Assembly: GCA_963747695.1 (NCBI GenBank) | Contig: CAVVFV010000010.1 | Span: 197,618-261,617, forward strand | Reading direction: 5' to 3' | Length of the DNA: 64,000 nt | Source of the DNA: Candidatus Falkowbacteria bacterium | GTDB lineage: Bacteria; Patescibacteriota; Patescibacteriia; Patescibacteriales; WJLG01 | In this document: positions 33,881-43,599 of the stretch, piece by piece | Layout of the letters: each line of letters begins with the position of its first letter | How positions within the stretch are numbered: the stretch's first letter is position 1 | Position numbers and translations under genes: made by a program | Notes under the pieces: generated by a model | The model's database searches: none | What the model saw: the letters and a program-made list of their open reading frames with translations, nothing else | What the model was told of the DNA's origin: nothing

Positions 33881-34948
33881 TTATTTTTCTGCTCCTAAAT
33901 AATTTACCAATTCATCGACCTCTGTATTTGAAAAAACTGCATTACCATAAGTAATATATCTGTTAATCTCATTAAGGGACAATATTTTTACATATTGAAA
34001 TTCTTCAGCTGGCTTGTGGTTCATCAATAAAATAATATTTTTAGGCGATATCTTTTGACTACCCCAATTTTTATTAAAGTCGTTCAGCTCCCCATTATCT
34101 ACTGCCTGATTCAATAAAACAAACATTGCAAAACTAGAACGGCGTAGTTGCTTTACCGGCGAAAATAAATCGAGATTTTCTACAGAAGCTTGACTCCAAT
34201 TTTTTGTTTCAATAATATAAATACCGGTTGGGCCAACAACTACATGATCTATCTGAATTGAATGAATCCGATCATCGTTTCTCTTATCATAAATTGGCCG
34301 ATAAAATTCTCTACGATAATCATTAACAATAAAATAAGAATCGGGAAGTTTTAAAAGTTCACTCAAAGCACGTTCTTCTCCTTCTGCCCCATAAAATAAA
34401 TTTTTATTCTCATCAAGAACGGATAGGGTAAATTTTATCCAGTTTATTTCTGGCTCCGATAAAGTATTAACCCATTTTTCAGTGTTGTTGCTTTTATCTT
34501 CCCATTCCTTCTTCAATGCTTCGATAACTCTAATCTCAGAATAAAAAGGTTTTTTAACCTCCTCTTCGAAATCCAACTCCAGAACCGACATTCTATTATG
34601 TAATTTTTTTCTTTTAAACCAAGAGGTTAATTCAAATATAGGATTATTTGTTTTTTTCAAACAAGCTATTTGCCGAAAAATATCCGCCTTTTCTTCTTCT
34701 AATAATTGTCTTCTTCCTTTTATTGCCCTGTCTAGCTCAATCGTCATTTTTTCACTAACCGACGCAAGTCTGCTTATGTCCAGCGATAAACGCTCCCTGT
34801 TTTTCTGCATTAATAACTCTAAAGAACTTTGATAATTATTTCGAAAAAAGCGAATATCTTCTAAAGTTTGAAAATTATCAACTTTCTTCTCGCTCAACTT
34901 TTTTAAAAGTTCGGTTAACGATCCGATTTGATTATATGTCTTAGCCAT
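33881..34948 (-). CDS. NERD (nuclease-related domain) protein with N-terminal coiled coil
   Basis: IQIDHVVVGPTGIYIIETKNWS is the NERD core. The N-terminal 200 aa are heptad-rich. Confidence 0.65.
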   Translation of the reverse strand: MAKTYNQIGSLTELLKKLSEKKVDNFQTLEDIRFFRNNYQSSLELLMQKNRERLSLDISRLASVSEKMTIELDRAIKGRRQLLEEEKADIFRQIACLKKTNNPIFELTSWFKRKKLHNRMSVLELDFEEEVKKPFYSEIRVIEALKKEWEDKSNNTEKWVNTLSEPEINWIKFTLSVLDENKNLFYGAEGEERALSELLKLPDSYFIVNDYRREFYRPIYDKRNDDRIHSIQIDHVVVGPTGIYIIETKNWSQASVENLDLFSPVKQLRRSSFAMFVLLNQAVDNGELNDFNKNWGSQKISPKNIILLMNHKPAEEFQYVKILSLNEINRYITYGNAVFSNTEVDELVNYLGAEK

Positions 34949-34998
34949 ATTGATAAAGGTAATTCAAAACCGCCCCAAAAGGAGCGGCTTTGATATTC

Positions 34999-35400
34999 TT
35001 ATTTCTCCTTAACCTTCACTTTCTTCGGTTTTTCCGCTTTTACTTCCTCTGCGGGGCACTCTTGGCAATCATCGCATTCTTCATCGTCGTCGCACTCGCA
35101 TCCTTCGCCACCTTGCTTGGCGTGCCAAGCCTTGGCGATCTCGACGATCTTCTTGAGGCCTTCGCCGATGAGGAATAGATAGCCGGCGCTGGAATCGACT
35201 TTTTCCTTGACCGCATCGATCACACCTTCGATCTTATCAAAGATCCGGCGCACATCTTTGAAGATTTTAAAAACGTTGCGGGTCATCGCGACGAGATAAA
35301 ACATCCCCCAGCAGAGAAAGATCGTAAAGGCGGCGACGCAGGCGGCGATAGTCAGAAGTAAAATGTCGTGAGAAGTTGAGAACATATTAGTAGTCGTCAT
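34999..35400 (-). CDS. membrane protein with an acidic Cys-rich C-terminal tail
   Basis: TM helices near the N-terminus. C-terminal GGEGCECDDDEECDDCQECPAEE, then a Lys-rich end. Confidence 0.45.
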   Translation of the reverse strand: MTTTNMFSTSHDILLLTIAACVAAFTIFLCWGMFYLVAMTRNVFKIFKDVRRIFDKIEGVIDAVKEKVDSSAGYLFLIGEGLKKIVEIAKAWHAKQGGEGCECDDDEECDDCQECPAEEVKAEKPKKVKVKEK

Positions 35401-35500
35401 CCCCGCCCCCGCTTACACGAGGTAAGCTCCGGCGGGATCCAACTTTGTTGCTCTAAATAGATTTTCTGGATTCCCGCCTTCGCGGGAATGACAAAGTAAA

Positions 35501-35893
35501 TTAATATTTAAAAAGTTCCTGTTTCTTTTCTTCGGGTTTGAACACGGCCGCTTGTCCGGCCTCGTCGGCCAAATCAATCTTCACGCCCCCGATATTCTTG
35601 GCAAGAAAATTATAGAAGGCGGCGGCGATCAAGCCGACGAGCCAGCCGATTGCTCCGGCAATCAGAGCCACAGCCAGAGCGATCAAAAAATTCAAACCCA
35701 AGCTGGTTGAAATGTAAATCAACAGCTTGCCGGCGGTTTGTTTCTCCAGCAAAACTAAAACCAAAGCATAAATCGAGGCGGCAAAGCTGATGATAAAACC
35801 GAACAGCGCGTAAATCAGCCCGGCAATATTGGCTACGGATAATTTTTTAATTTTCTTAATCTCTTGCATAATTTCTGTAATATTTACTCCCAT
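35501..35893 (-). CDS. small polytopic membrane protein
   Basis: Three predicted TM segments rich in Ala/Ile/Leu/Gly; 130 aa. Confidence 0.45.
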   Translation of the reverse strand: MGVNITEIMQEIKKIKKLSVANIAGLIYALFGFIISFAASIYALVLVLLEKQTAGKLLIYISTSLGLNFLIALAVALIAGAIGWLVGLIAAAFYNFLAKNIGGVKIDLADEAGQAAVFKPEEKKQELFKY

Positions 35894-36077
35894 CCATTAC
35901 ACACCCCGCCTCGCTCACGCTCGGCACACCTCTTTATAAAGGGGACTTCGCAACGAGGCAATAACTTCTTATCAATTCCCCTCTATTAAGAGGGGTGGCA
36001 GGCCGCCTCGGCCTGACGGGGCGTGTCATTCGCGGTTTTCGCGGCATTCGCGTTCATTCGCGGATTAGCATCATATT

Positions 36078-38507
36078 TTAAAAGTTTCGGATCTGCGCGG
36101 CAAATTTTTCCTTGAGATGGCTGATCAGTTTTTCTTGGATCTCGTCGACTTCCGATGATCCTAAAGTCCGCTCGGGCGAAGAATAAGTCACGTGGAAGGC
36201 CAGGCTCTTTTGGTCCGGAGATAAATTCTTTCCCTGATAAACATCAAATAATTCGGTGCGGACGATCAAGGCGTCGAATTTTTCGATCTCAGCCTTGATG
36301 TCATTATACAGGACATTCTCTTTGACCACAAAAGCGAGATCCCGCTCAAGCGAGGGATATTTATTGGGCCGCTCGTATGATTTCCCCGGCGCGGAGAGGA
36401 TTATTTTCACCAATTTTTCAAAGTCAACTTCCAGGACGGCCGCTTCCTTCTTGATGCCCAAAGCCGAAGCGACATCTCTCGCGAGCGTCGCGACCCAGCC
36501 GATCTCTTCGCCGGCGACGATAATCTTGGCGAAGGTTTTTTTGTCCGCCCATTCCGGGACCATTTCCGCCGCCTCGAATCTGGACGCCAGGTCAAAATTT
36601 TCCAAGAGATATTCCAATTTTCCTTTTACTTTCGGATAAGCCGCGCCCGGTTTGACGCTCGCTTCGAGCAAACCCAAATGCTTGATCTGAAACGGCAAAT
36701 TTTCTTTCCGTTCACTGTCTTTATTGATCCGGCCGACGGCATCCCAAAAAATGCTGCCGATCTCGAACAGGCTGATCGATTCGTATTTGGCTTGATTGGA
36801 TTTTATATTGTCAACCAGATTTTCCAGCAAATTTTGCCGCAGCATCGTCTGATAATTGCTGATCGGATTCAGCAGACGGAGATAACCTTTGGGGTTGATC
36901 TTTAATTTGCTTAATTTTTCCTCGCCGACAAAAGAATAATTGTAAACTTCGGTGGAAGCCGCGCCTTGAGCCAAAATATATTTAATTTTCCGCTCAATTT
37001 TCCTTTCTTCGTTGTCCAGCGGCGCTTTCATCTCCAAAAGCGGCAGACTGACCGGAAAATTATTATAGCCATAAATTCTGGCGATCTCTTCCAGGATATC
37101 TTCGCGGACGGAAATATCCTTGGTGGCGCGCCAAGTCGGGATCGACACGTCCAAAAGATGAGTTCCGGAATTTTCAACCAAAAAACCCAAGGCTTCCAGG
37201 ATTTTGACGATCTTCTTCTTGCCTAAATCTTCTCCCAGTTTTTTTGCCGCCCAGTTCAAATCCAATTGGATCGGCCCGGTCGCTAAGGAAAAATCACTGA
37301 CATCGGCGATTTGACTGGCGATCTTTGCCTCCGGACAAGTCTCCTGGATCAATTCAATACAGCGGGCCAGGGCCGGTTCGCAAAGGTTCGGATCAAGCGC
37401 TTTTTCAAAACGCATTGAGGCTTCGGTCCGCAAACCCAATTTGGTCGAGGTCTTCCTGATCGAAGCGGCATCGAAATTGGCCGCTTCCAAGATTATCGTC
37501 CGGGTCGACGGATTTATTTCGCTATTCTCTCCGCCCATCACGCCGGCTACGGCAATCGCTTTTTCCTTGTCAGCAATCACTAACATCGAGTTATCCAAGA
37601 CTCTCGTCTCGCCATCTAAAGTCTTGATTGATTCATCTTTTTTGGCGCGGCGCACCGCTATTTCCGTGACGATCGAGGCGTCAAAAGCATGCATCGGTTC
37701 GCCCAATTCGAGCATCACATAATTGGTGGCATCGACGATATTGTTGATCGGGTGCATCCCCACCGCCGCCAATCTTTGCTGCAACCAGAGCGGTGAATTT
37801 TTTATTTCCACGCCTTCAAGCTTGACTGCCGCATAACGGGGGCAGAGATCGGCATCATCGACTTTGACCGCCAATTTTTCCAGACCATCGTCGTCGGACA
37901 ATTTGGCCTCGACCAGCCGTTTGAATTCTTTGGTAGTCTTGGTTTCCAGCAAAACCGACAGTTCCCGGGCCATTCCCAAATGACCCCAAAGGTCGGGACG
38001 GTTGGATAAAGTCTTATTGTCTACTTCAAAAATAACATCATCTAATTTCAAGTATTCGGCAAGCGGCTGGCCGACTTTGGCCTTCTTGTCCAAAACCATT
38101 ATTCCGGCGTGCTCTCCGCCCAGTCCCAATTCATCTTCGGCGCAGATCATCCCGAAAGATTTTTCACCCCGGACATCGCGCTCTTCGATTTTCATTCCGC
38201 CCGGCAAGACCGCGCCGACTTTGGCCACCGGCACTAAAATTCCCGCCGTAACGTTAGGCGCGCCGCAGACGATTGAGAGCGGCTCTTTATCGCCGATATC
38301 GACTTTAGTGAGATTGAGCCGGTCGGCATTGGGATGTTTCTTGACTTCCAAAACTTTGCCGACCACGACATTGTCGAACCGCGCCGATTGTTTTTCGATC
38401 TTTTCCACTTCGGCCGTAAAATTAGTCAGCTTAGTCCCGATTTCTTCCGGCGTCGTTGATTTTGGAATATTGACTAGATCTTTTAACCAATTTAAGGATA
38501 GGAACAT
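36078..38507 (-). CDS. pheT: phenylalanyl-tRNA synthetase beta subunit
   Basis: 809 aa. The N-terminal tRNA-binding fold (VGKVLEVKKHPNADRL), B3/4, B5 and C-terminal anticodon-binding-like domains align by eye. Confidence 0.95.
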   Translation of the reverse strand: MFLSLNWLKDLVNIPKSTTPEEIGTKLTNFTAEVEKIEKQSARFDNVVVGKVLEVKKHPNADRLNLTKVDIGDKEPLSIVCGAPNVTAGILVPVAKVGAVLPGGMKIEERDVRGEKSFGMICAEDELGLGGEHAGIMVLDKKAKVGQPLAEYLKLDDVIFEVDNKTLSNRPDLWGHLGMARELSVLLETKTTKEFKRLVEAKLSDDDGLEKLAVKVDDADLCPRYAAVKLEGVEIKNSPLWLQQRLAAVGMHPINNIVDATNYVMLELGEPMHAFDASIVTEIAVRRAKKDESIKTLDGETRVLDNSMLVIADKEKAIAVAGVMGGENSEINPSTRTIILEAANFDAASIRKTSTKLGLRTEASMRFEKALDPNLCEPALARCIELIQETCPEAKIASQIADVSDFSLATGPIQLDLNWAAKKLGEDLGKKKIVKILEALGFLVENSGTHLLDVSIPTWRATKDISVREDILEEIARIYGYNNFPVSLPLLEMKAPLDNEERKIERKIKYILAQGAASTEVYNYSFVGEEKLSKLKINPKGYLRLLNPISNYQTMLRQNLLENLVDNIKSNQAKYESISLFEIGSIFWDAVGRINKDSERKENLPFQIKHLGLLEASVKPGAAYPKVKGKLEYLLENFDLASRFEAAEMVPEWADKKTFAKIIVAGEEIGWVATLARDVASALGIKKEAAVLEVDFEKLVKIILSAPGKSYERPNKYPSLERDLAFVVKENVLYNDIKAEIEKFDALIVRTELFDVYQGKNLSPDQKSLAFHVTYSSPERTLGSSEVDEIQEKLISHLKEKFAAQIRNF

Positions 38508-38509
38508 AG

Positions 38510-38542
38510 ATTATTAGGTACTTAGTTAATTAGGTGCTTAGG
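38510..38542. repeat. left arm of the inverted repeat enclosing the four-helix-bundle gene
   Basis: ATTAGGTACTTAGTTAATTAGGTGCTTAGG pairs with CCTAAGCACCTAATCGACTAAGTGCCTAAT at 38928-38966. Confidence 0.75.
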
Positions 38543-38916
38543 GCTTTATTTTGACGTTTATTTCTTAAAAATCTTATATAGCCATTTAATTGTTTATGCA
38601 AATCTATATACTTATTAATTGTGAAATCGGATAATTCTTTTGATAGATATTTTTTCCTGTACGCCCGGAAAATTCCGCTTTTCGTTTCTTCTATTTCACC
38701 TCGGGCAATAAATAAACTATTTATTTTTGCGCCATATGAATACTTGCCATAACTTTCGGCAATATTATCAACGACAGACGAAGAAGATCTTTTTAACTGA
38801 TTTGCGCCTCGATATTTTTCATCATCTGGAAATTTTTCATCAAGAACTCGATGAACAAAAATTTCTAAACGCACCGCTAATTTATAAACTTCTAAAGTTT
38901 CTAATCCTCCTCGCAT
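38530..38916 (-). CDS. four-helix-bundle protein (23S rRNA intervening-sequence protein family)
   Basis: LEVYKLAVRLEIFVHRV, QLKRSSSSVVDNIAESYGK and ARGEIEETK match the family pattern as I recall it. Confidence 0.75.
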   Translation of the reverse strand: MRGGLETLEVYKLAVRLEIFVHRVLDEKFPDDEKYRGANQLKRSSSSVVDNIAESYGKYSYGAKINSLFIARGEIEETKSGIFRAYRKKYLSKELSDFTINKYIDLHKQLNGYIRFLRNKRQNKALST

Positions 38917-38927
38917 ATGACGGAGCG

Positions 38928-38966
38928 CCTAAGCACCTAATCGACTAAGTGCCTAATCAACTAATT
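38928..38966. repeat. right arm of the inverted repeat enclosing the four-helix-bundle gene
   Basis: See the left arm. Extends to the pheS stop codon. Confidence 0.75.
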
Positions 38967-39994
38967 TAAAATTGTTGCAGAAATCTAAGATCTCCGCTAA
39001 TCGCCAATCTGGCATCGTCAATTCCATACTTAAGCTGCGCCAAGCGCGAAAGACCGAAGCCGAAAGCATAGCCGGAATAAATTTCCGGATCGATGCCGCC
39101 GGCGCGCAAAACATTAGGATGGATCAAACCGGCGCCGACGATTTCCAGCCAGCCGGAATTCTTGCAAACCTTGCAACCCTTTCCCTGGCAAAGCGAGCAA
39201 GTATACTCTCCGTTAGATCCCGGTTCAACGAACGGAAAAAACTTCGGCCGCATGCGCAATTTAGTATCAGCACCGAATAATTTTTTTCCCACCAATTCCA
39301 AGATGCCTTTCAGATGGGAAAAGTTAATATCCTTATCGATCAATAATCCCTCAAACTGATAAAAAGTGTGCTCATGGCGGGCGTCAGTCGCCTCGCAGCG
39401 GAAAGTCCGGCCCGGCACGACAACTCGCAGCGGCGCGCCGAGTTTTTGCATCGCCCTAATCTGCACCGGAGAAGTCTGCGTGCGCATCAATAAATCGTAT
39501 TCGCCGGCCGCATTCTTCTTGTCGATGTAAAAAGTGTCCTGCATATCGCGAGCCGGATGCGTCTTGGGGATATTCAAAGCTTCAAAATTATAATAATCGC
39601 TTTCCAGCTCCGGCCCGTCCGCCACGGTAAACCCGAGCGAAGTGAACAAGTCTTCCAGCTCCGCCTGGATAAGAGTTATCGGATGCAGGTGGCCGCGCGC
39701 GATCTTTTTGCCGGGCAAGGTCACGTCGGTAAAACTGTTCAGAGCTTCTTTGCCTTCGACCTCCCGCTTGATTTCCAAAAATTTAGCAGTGACATCGTTT
39801 TTGATGGAATTGGCCAGCTGCCCGATCTCCTTCCGCTCTTGCTCGGAAAGATCCCTGATGGCATGCAAAATCTCGGCCAGCTCGCCTTTACGGCCGAGAT
39901 ATTTTATCTCGACTTGATCAAGCAATTCGCCGGTCTTTGCCTTGTCCAATTCCTCCAGAATCTTTTTTCTTAAATCTTCAAGCTTATTCTTCAT
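38966..39994 (-). CDS. pheS: phenylalanyl-tRNA synthetase alpha subunit
   Basis: Class II motifs: HPARDMQDTFY, FRCEATDARHEHTFYQFEG and GAGLIHPNVL..GFGLSRLA. Confidence 0.95.
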   Translation of the reverse strand: MKNKLEDLRKKILEELDKAKTGELLDQVEIKYLGRKGELAEILHAIRDLSEQERKEIGQLANSIKNDVTAKFLEIKREVEGKEALNSFTDVTLPGKKIARGHLHPITLIQAELEDLFTSLGFTVADGPELESDYYNFEALNIPKTHPARDMQDTFYIDKKNAAGEYDLLMRTQTSPVQIRAMQKLGAPLRVVVPGRTFRCEATDARHEHTFYQFEGLLIDKDINFSHLKGILELVGKKLFGADTKLRMRPKFFPFVEPGSNGEYTCSLCQGKGCKVCKNSGWLEIVGAGLIHPNVLRAGGIDPEIYSGYAFGFGLSRLAQLKYGIDDARLAISGDLRFLQQF

Positions 39995-40088
39995 ATCAAA
40001 TATATTGTTAAATTGTTATATTGTCATATTGTTATATTGTTAGGCAACTATTTAAAAAACAATATAGCAATATGACAATATGACAATA

Positions 40089-40505
40089 TTATTTCGCTCT
40101 TAATATTCTTGATCTCGAATAAGATATTAAAACCAATTCCAATAAAGCCAGTCCGACGATTAGGAAGGAGATGTTCATCCAGGTAAAAAGATGGTGTGAC
40201 AGAAGGAATAAGGCGGCAAGGATCAGGATGGCGAATAAAAATGATTGCCGGAAAGCCTCGCCGACCGCGCGGAAGGCGAGCTGCTGCTTTAATAAGGAAA
40301 AGCGGAACAAAAAACCGAAGATCGTGCTTGTCCCCAAAACCGCCAAAAACAGCGAGGCATAGAACAACGCGAAACCCGGCCAATTGGTAGAAATTGGGTT
40401 GATATTGAAAATTACGCCGACAAAAATCCCCCAGCAGATCAGGGTAGTGAAGACCATTAGTAGCAGGTAACTCTTTAGGGTCATTTTAATTGGTTGATTA
40501 GTCAA
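40089..40505 (-). CDS. polytopic membrane protein, unknown function
   Basis: Four hydrophobic helices; 138 aa. Confidence 0.45.
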   Translation of the reverse strand: MTNQPIKMTLKSYLLLMVFTTLICWGIFVGVIFNINPISTNWPGFALFYASLFLAVLGTSTIFGFLFRFSLLKQQLAFRAVGEAFRQSFLFAILILAALFLLSHHLFTWMNISFLIVGLALLELVLISYSRSRILRAK

Positions 40506-40590
40506 TTAGTTAATTAGTTTTATAGTTAACGAGCGTATTTTGCTCAACTAATTAACTAATTAACCAATTAACATTCTGAAAATAAAAAAA

Positions 40591-43242
40591 CTATTTTATG
40601 GCGGAAAATTGCTCTCTTAGCCTGTTTAATTCCATCTGCGCTTTAGCCAACTTTTCCTTCTCGGCCGCCACCACTTTCTCCGGCGCTTTGCCGACGAATT
40701 CCTGGTTGGATAATTTGCCGTTCAAGGCGGCAACGAATTTTTCCAGATTGGCGATCTCTTTTTCTAATCTCACCTTTTCCTTTTCCGTATCGATAGCGCC
40801 CAAAAGATAAATCTCAATTCCGCCGACCGCGGCATAGATCGCGCCGGAAATTTTTTCGCCTTTTTCCGAAATTTTCAATTCGCCGATGCCGGTCCGCAAA
40901 CTCTTAATCAAAACTTCGTTTTCCTTGATCAGCTTCGCCTTTTCACCGGCGTATATCACTGCCTCGACTTTCTTCGCCGGCTCGACTTTGTTTTCGGCTC
41001 GGGCATTCCTGATTGCCATGATCACCTCTCGCGCCAGGTCAAAACTGTTGGAGACTTGCAACTCATCGGTGCCGACCATCGGCCACGATTCGACCATTAA
41101 CAATTTATCGTTGAATTTATGCCAAATCGCTTCCGAGACAAAGGGCGCGAAAGGGTGCGCCAGCTTTAAAACCTTGCGCAAAACTTCCAGTAAGATGGCT
41201 TTATTATTTTCGCCGTCTTCGAATTTGCTCGCCTCCAAATACCAGTCAGCCAGATCATTCCAGACAAAATCAACCAGCTTTTCGCCGGCCTGGGAAAAAG
41301 CCAGCGCTTCGATGTTCTTGGTGATACTCGCCACCGCGTCATTGATCCGGAACATGATCCAAACGTCGGCGGTCGTCAAATTATTGACGTCGATCTTCCG
41401 CTTAAACTTTCCCTCGGCGCGGCTCAAGATATAGCGGCTGACATTCCAAAGTTTATTGACGAAATTCCGCTGCGTCTCGATTTTTTCCCAAGACATCCGC
41501 GAATTGTTGCCGGGCGTACTGCCGATCAATAACGATAGCCGCAACGCATCCGTGCCGTATTTGGCAATCACATCCAGCGGATCAACGCCATTGCCTTTGG
41601 ACTTGGACATTTTCTTGCCATGCTCATCCAAAATATTGCCGTGCAAATAAACATCGGAAAAAGGTTTTTCACCCAAAGCATAATAGGACATCAAGATCAT
41701 TCTTGATACCCAAAGCGTCAATATTTCAAAACCGGTTTCCAGGACCGCGGTCGGATGGAATTTGGCTAAATCCCCTGATTTTACGCCATTTTTATAAGTA
41801 TCCGGCCAGCCCAAAGTCGAGAAAGTCCACATCCCGGAAGAAAACCAAGTATCCAGCGTATCCTCATCCTGCACCCAACCTTTTCCTTTTGGGACCGCCT
41901 CTCCCACAAAAATCTCTTCTTTCTTATCTCTTATCTCTTCTCTTTTATAGTAGGCTGGTATCCGGTGTCCGTACCAAATCTGCCGCGACACGCACCAGTC
42001 ATGCAGATTATTCATCCAGCGCAAATATTGATCATGAAATCTTTCCGGCGTGAATTTTATTTCTCCGCTCGAAGCCGCCGTAATCGAAATTTCCTTCAAT
42101 GACTTGCCGTCGAATTTATCCAATTTCTTATCAACATCGACAAACCATTGTTTCGATGGCAGCGGCTCGACCGGAGTATCGCAGCGATAGCATTGCGACA
42201 AATTATTGGTGATGTCTTCTTCTTTTTCCATCAAGCCGGCTTCGTTCAATCTCTCCACGACTTTTTCCCGCGCCTGGGCCGCCGGCAAGCCGGAATATTC
42301 TCCAAAACCCGGATTGATCCGAGCATCTTCGTCGATCACTTTGATCATTTCCAAATCATATTTCTGCGACATTTGGTAATCGACCATCGAGTGCGCCGGC
42401 GTCACACCCAAAGCTCCGGTGCCAAACGCCATATCCACGCCGATATCGGCAATGACTTTTATTTTCAAAGGCACGCCGACGAAATTTACTTCAAAAATCG
42501 AGCCGATATATTTTTTATAGCGCTCGTCGCGCGGATTGACGGCGACGGCCGAATCGCCCAATTTTGTTTCCGGCCGGGTGGTGGAAATTGCGATGGGGAA
42601 ATCCTTCGCATATTTAAAAGTATATAATTTCGCCGTCTGTTCCTTATATTCAAGCTCGTCATCGGCCAAAGTTGATTTGCACCTCGGACACCAATTGACC
42701 ACCCGTTCGCCGCGATAGATCACGCCATCGTTATACATATCGATGAACATTTTTCTTACCGCCTTGCCGCGTTGTTCATCAAGCGTGAAAGCCAAGCGCG
42801 ACCAATCAAGCGACGCGCCCATTTTTTTGATCTGATTCAAAATAGTATTTTGCGTCACCGCCACGAACTTTTTCGCTTCTGCCAAGAATTTATCCCGGCC
42901 CAAGTCATGCCGGGTTTTTCCGGTTTCTTTAAAAATTCTTTTCTCCACCACATTTTGCGTGGCGATCGCCGCGTGATCCGTGCCCGGAATCCACAACGCG
43001 CGAAAACCATTCATCCTTTTATAACGAATCAATAAATCTTCCACCGCGACCATCACGGCGTGGCCGACGTGCAATTTATCAGTAATATTCGGTGGCGGCA
43101 GAACGATCGTGTATGATGGCGCATCGGCCGGCAGCTTCAAATTATCCGGATTAAAAAATCCCGAATCTTCCCATTCCTTATTAATAGCATCCTCGTAATC
43201 CGCCGGGTTGTACTGTTTTTCTATTTCGGCTTCTTTGTTCAT
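40591..43242 (-). CDS. valS: valyl-tRNA synthetase
   Basis: 883 aa. HIGH-type LHVGHAV, KMSKSKGN, CP1 editing region, and a C-terminal coiled coil. Confidence 0.95.
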   Translation of the reverse strand: MNKEAEIEKQYNPADYEDAINKEWEDSGFFNPDNLKLPADAPSYTIVLPPPNITDKLHVGHAVMVAVEDLLIRYKRMNGFRALWIPGTDHAAIATQNVVEKRIFKETGKTRHDLGRDKFLAEAKKFVAVTQNTILNQIKKMGASLDWSRLAFTLDEQRGKAVRKMFIDMYNDGVIYRGERVVNWCPRCKSTLADDELEYKEQTAKLYTFKYAKDFPIAISTTRPETKLGDSAVAVNPRDERYKKYIGSIFEVNFVGVPLKIKVIADIGVDMAFGTGALGVTPAHSMVDYQMSQKYDLEMIKVIDEDARINPGFGEYSGLPAAQAREKVVERLNEAGLMEKEEDITNNLSQCYRCDTPVEPLPSKQWFVDVDKKLDKFDGKSLKEISITAASSGEIKFTPERFHDQYLRWMNNLHDWCVSRQIWYGHRIPAYYKREEIRDKKEEIFVGEAVPKGKGWVQDEDTLDTWFSSGMWTFSTLGWPDTYKNGVKSGDLAKFHPTAVLETGFEILTLWVSRMILMSYYALGEKPFSDVYLHGNILDEHGKKMSKSKGNGVDPLDVIAKYGTDALRLSLLIGSTPGNNSRMSWEKIETQRNFVNKLWNVSRYILSRAEGKFKRKIDVNNLTTADVWIMFRINDAVASITKNIEALAFSQAGEKLVDFVWNDLADWYLEASKFEDGENNKAILLEVLRKVLKLAHPFAPFVSEAIWHKFNDKLLMVESWPMVGTDELQVSNSFDLAREVIMAIRNARAENKVEPAKKVEAVIYAGEKAKLIKENEVLIKSLRTGIGELKISEKGEKISGAIYAAVGGIEIYLLGAIDTEKEKVRLEKEIANLEKFVAALNGKLSNQEFVGKAPEKVVAAEKEKLAKAQMELNRLREQFSAIK

Positions 43243-43507
43243 AAAAGCTTGGGCATATAATGCGAATACTGCGAATTTTTCGCGAATACTACGAACGCTT
43301 AGCGGATCGAATTAATCATTTTTCGCAAAATTTAATGCGCGCATTCAGCTAATATTTCATCTAAATTATAATAATAGATTATCAAAACCGAGCGGTTTTG
43401 GCAAGGAGAAATCAATTACAAATTATAAATTATAAATTAGAAATTTTCCCCGGAAAGGTTGTGTTTTAAGCCGTTTATTATTATACTGTAATGATGCCCA
43501 ATTATCA

Positions 43508-43536
43508 TTGACACACTGATAAATTAAGGATAAGAT
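43508..43536 (+). promoter_or_regulatory. sigma70-like promoter for the DHH gene
   Basis: TTGACA-17 nt-TAAGAT. Confidence 0.4.
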
Positions 43537-43599
43537 AAGTTTTTTGATGAAAATTATTTGACCGTCTTTTTAGGCAAGCCGGTAGACACTAAAAACCAG

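Noticed and set aside
41880-41950. Possible in-frame word-repeat insertion in valS (agagaagagataag-like sequence encoding KREEIRDKKEEI)
   Set aside because: ValRS orthologs have a variable segment of comparable length at this position, and no palindrome is formed. I could not show an insertion.
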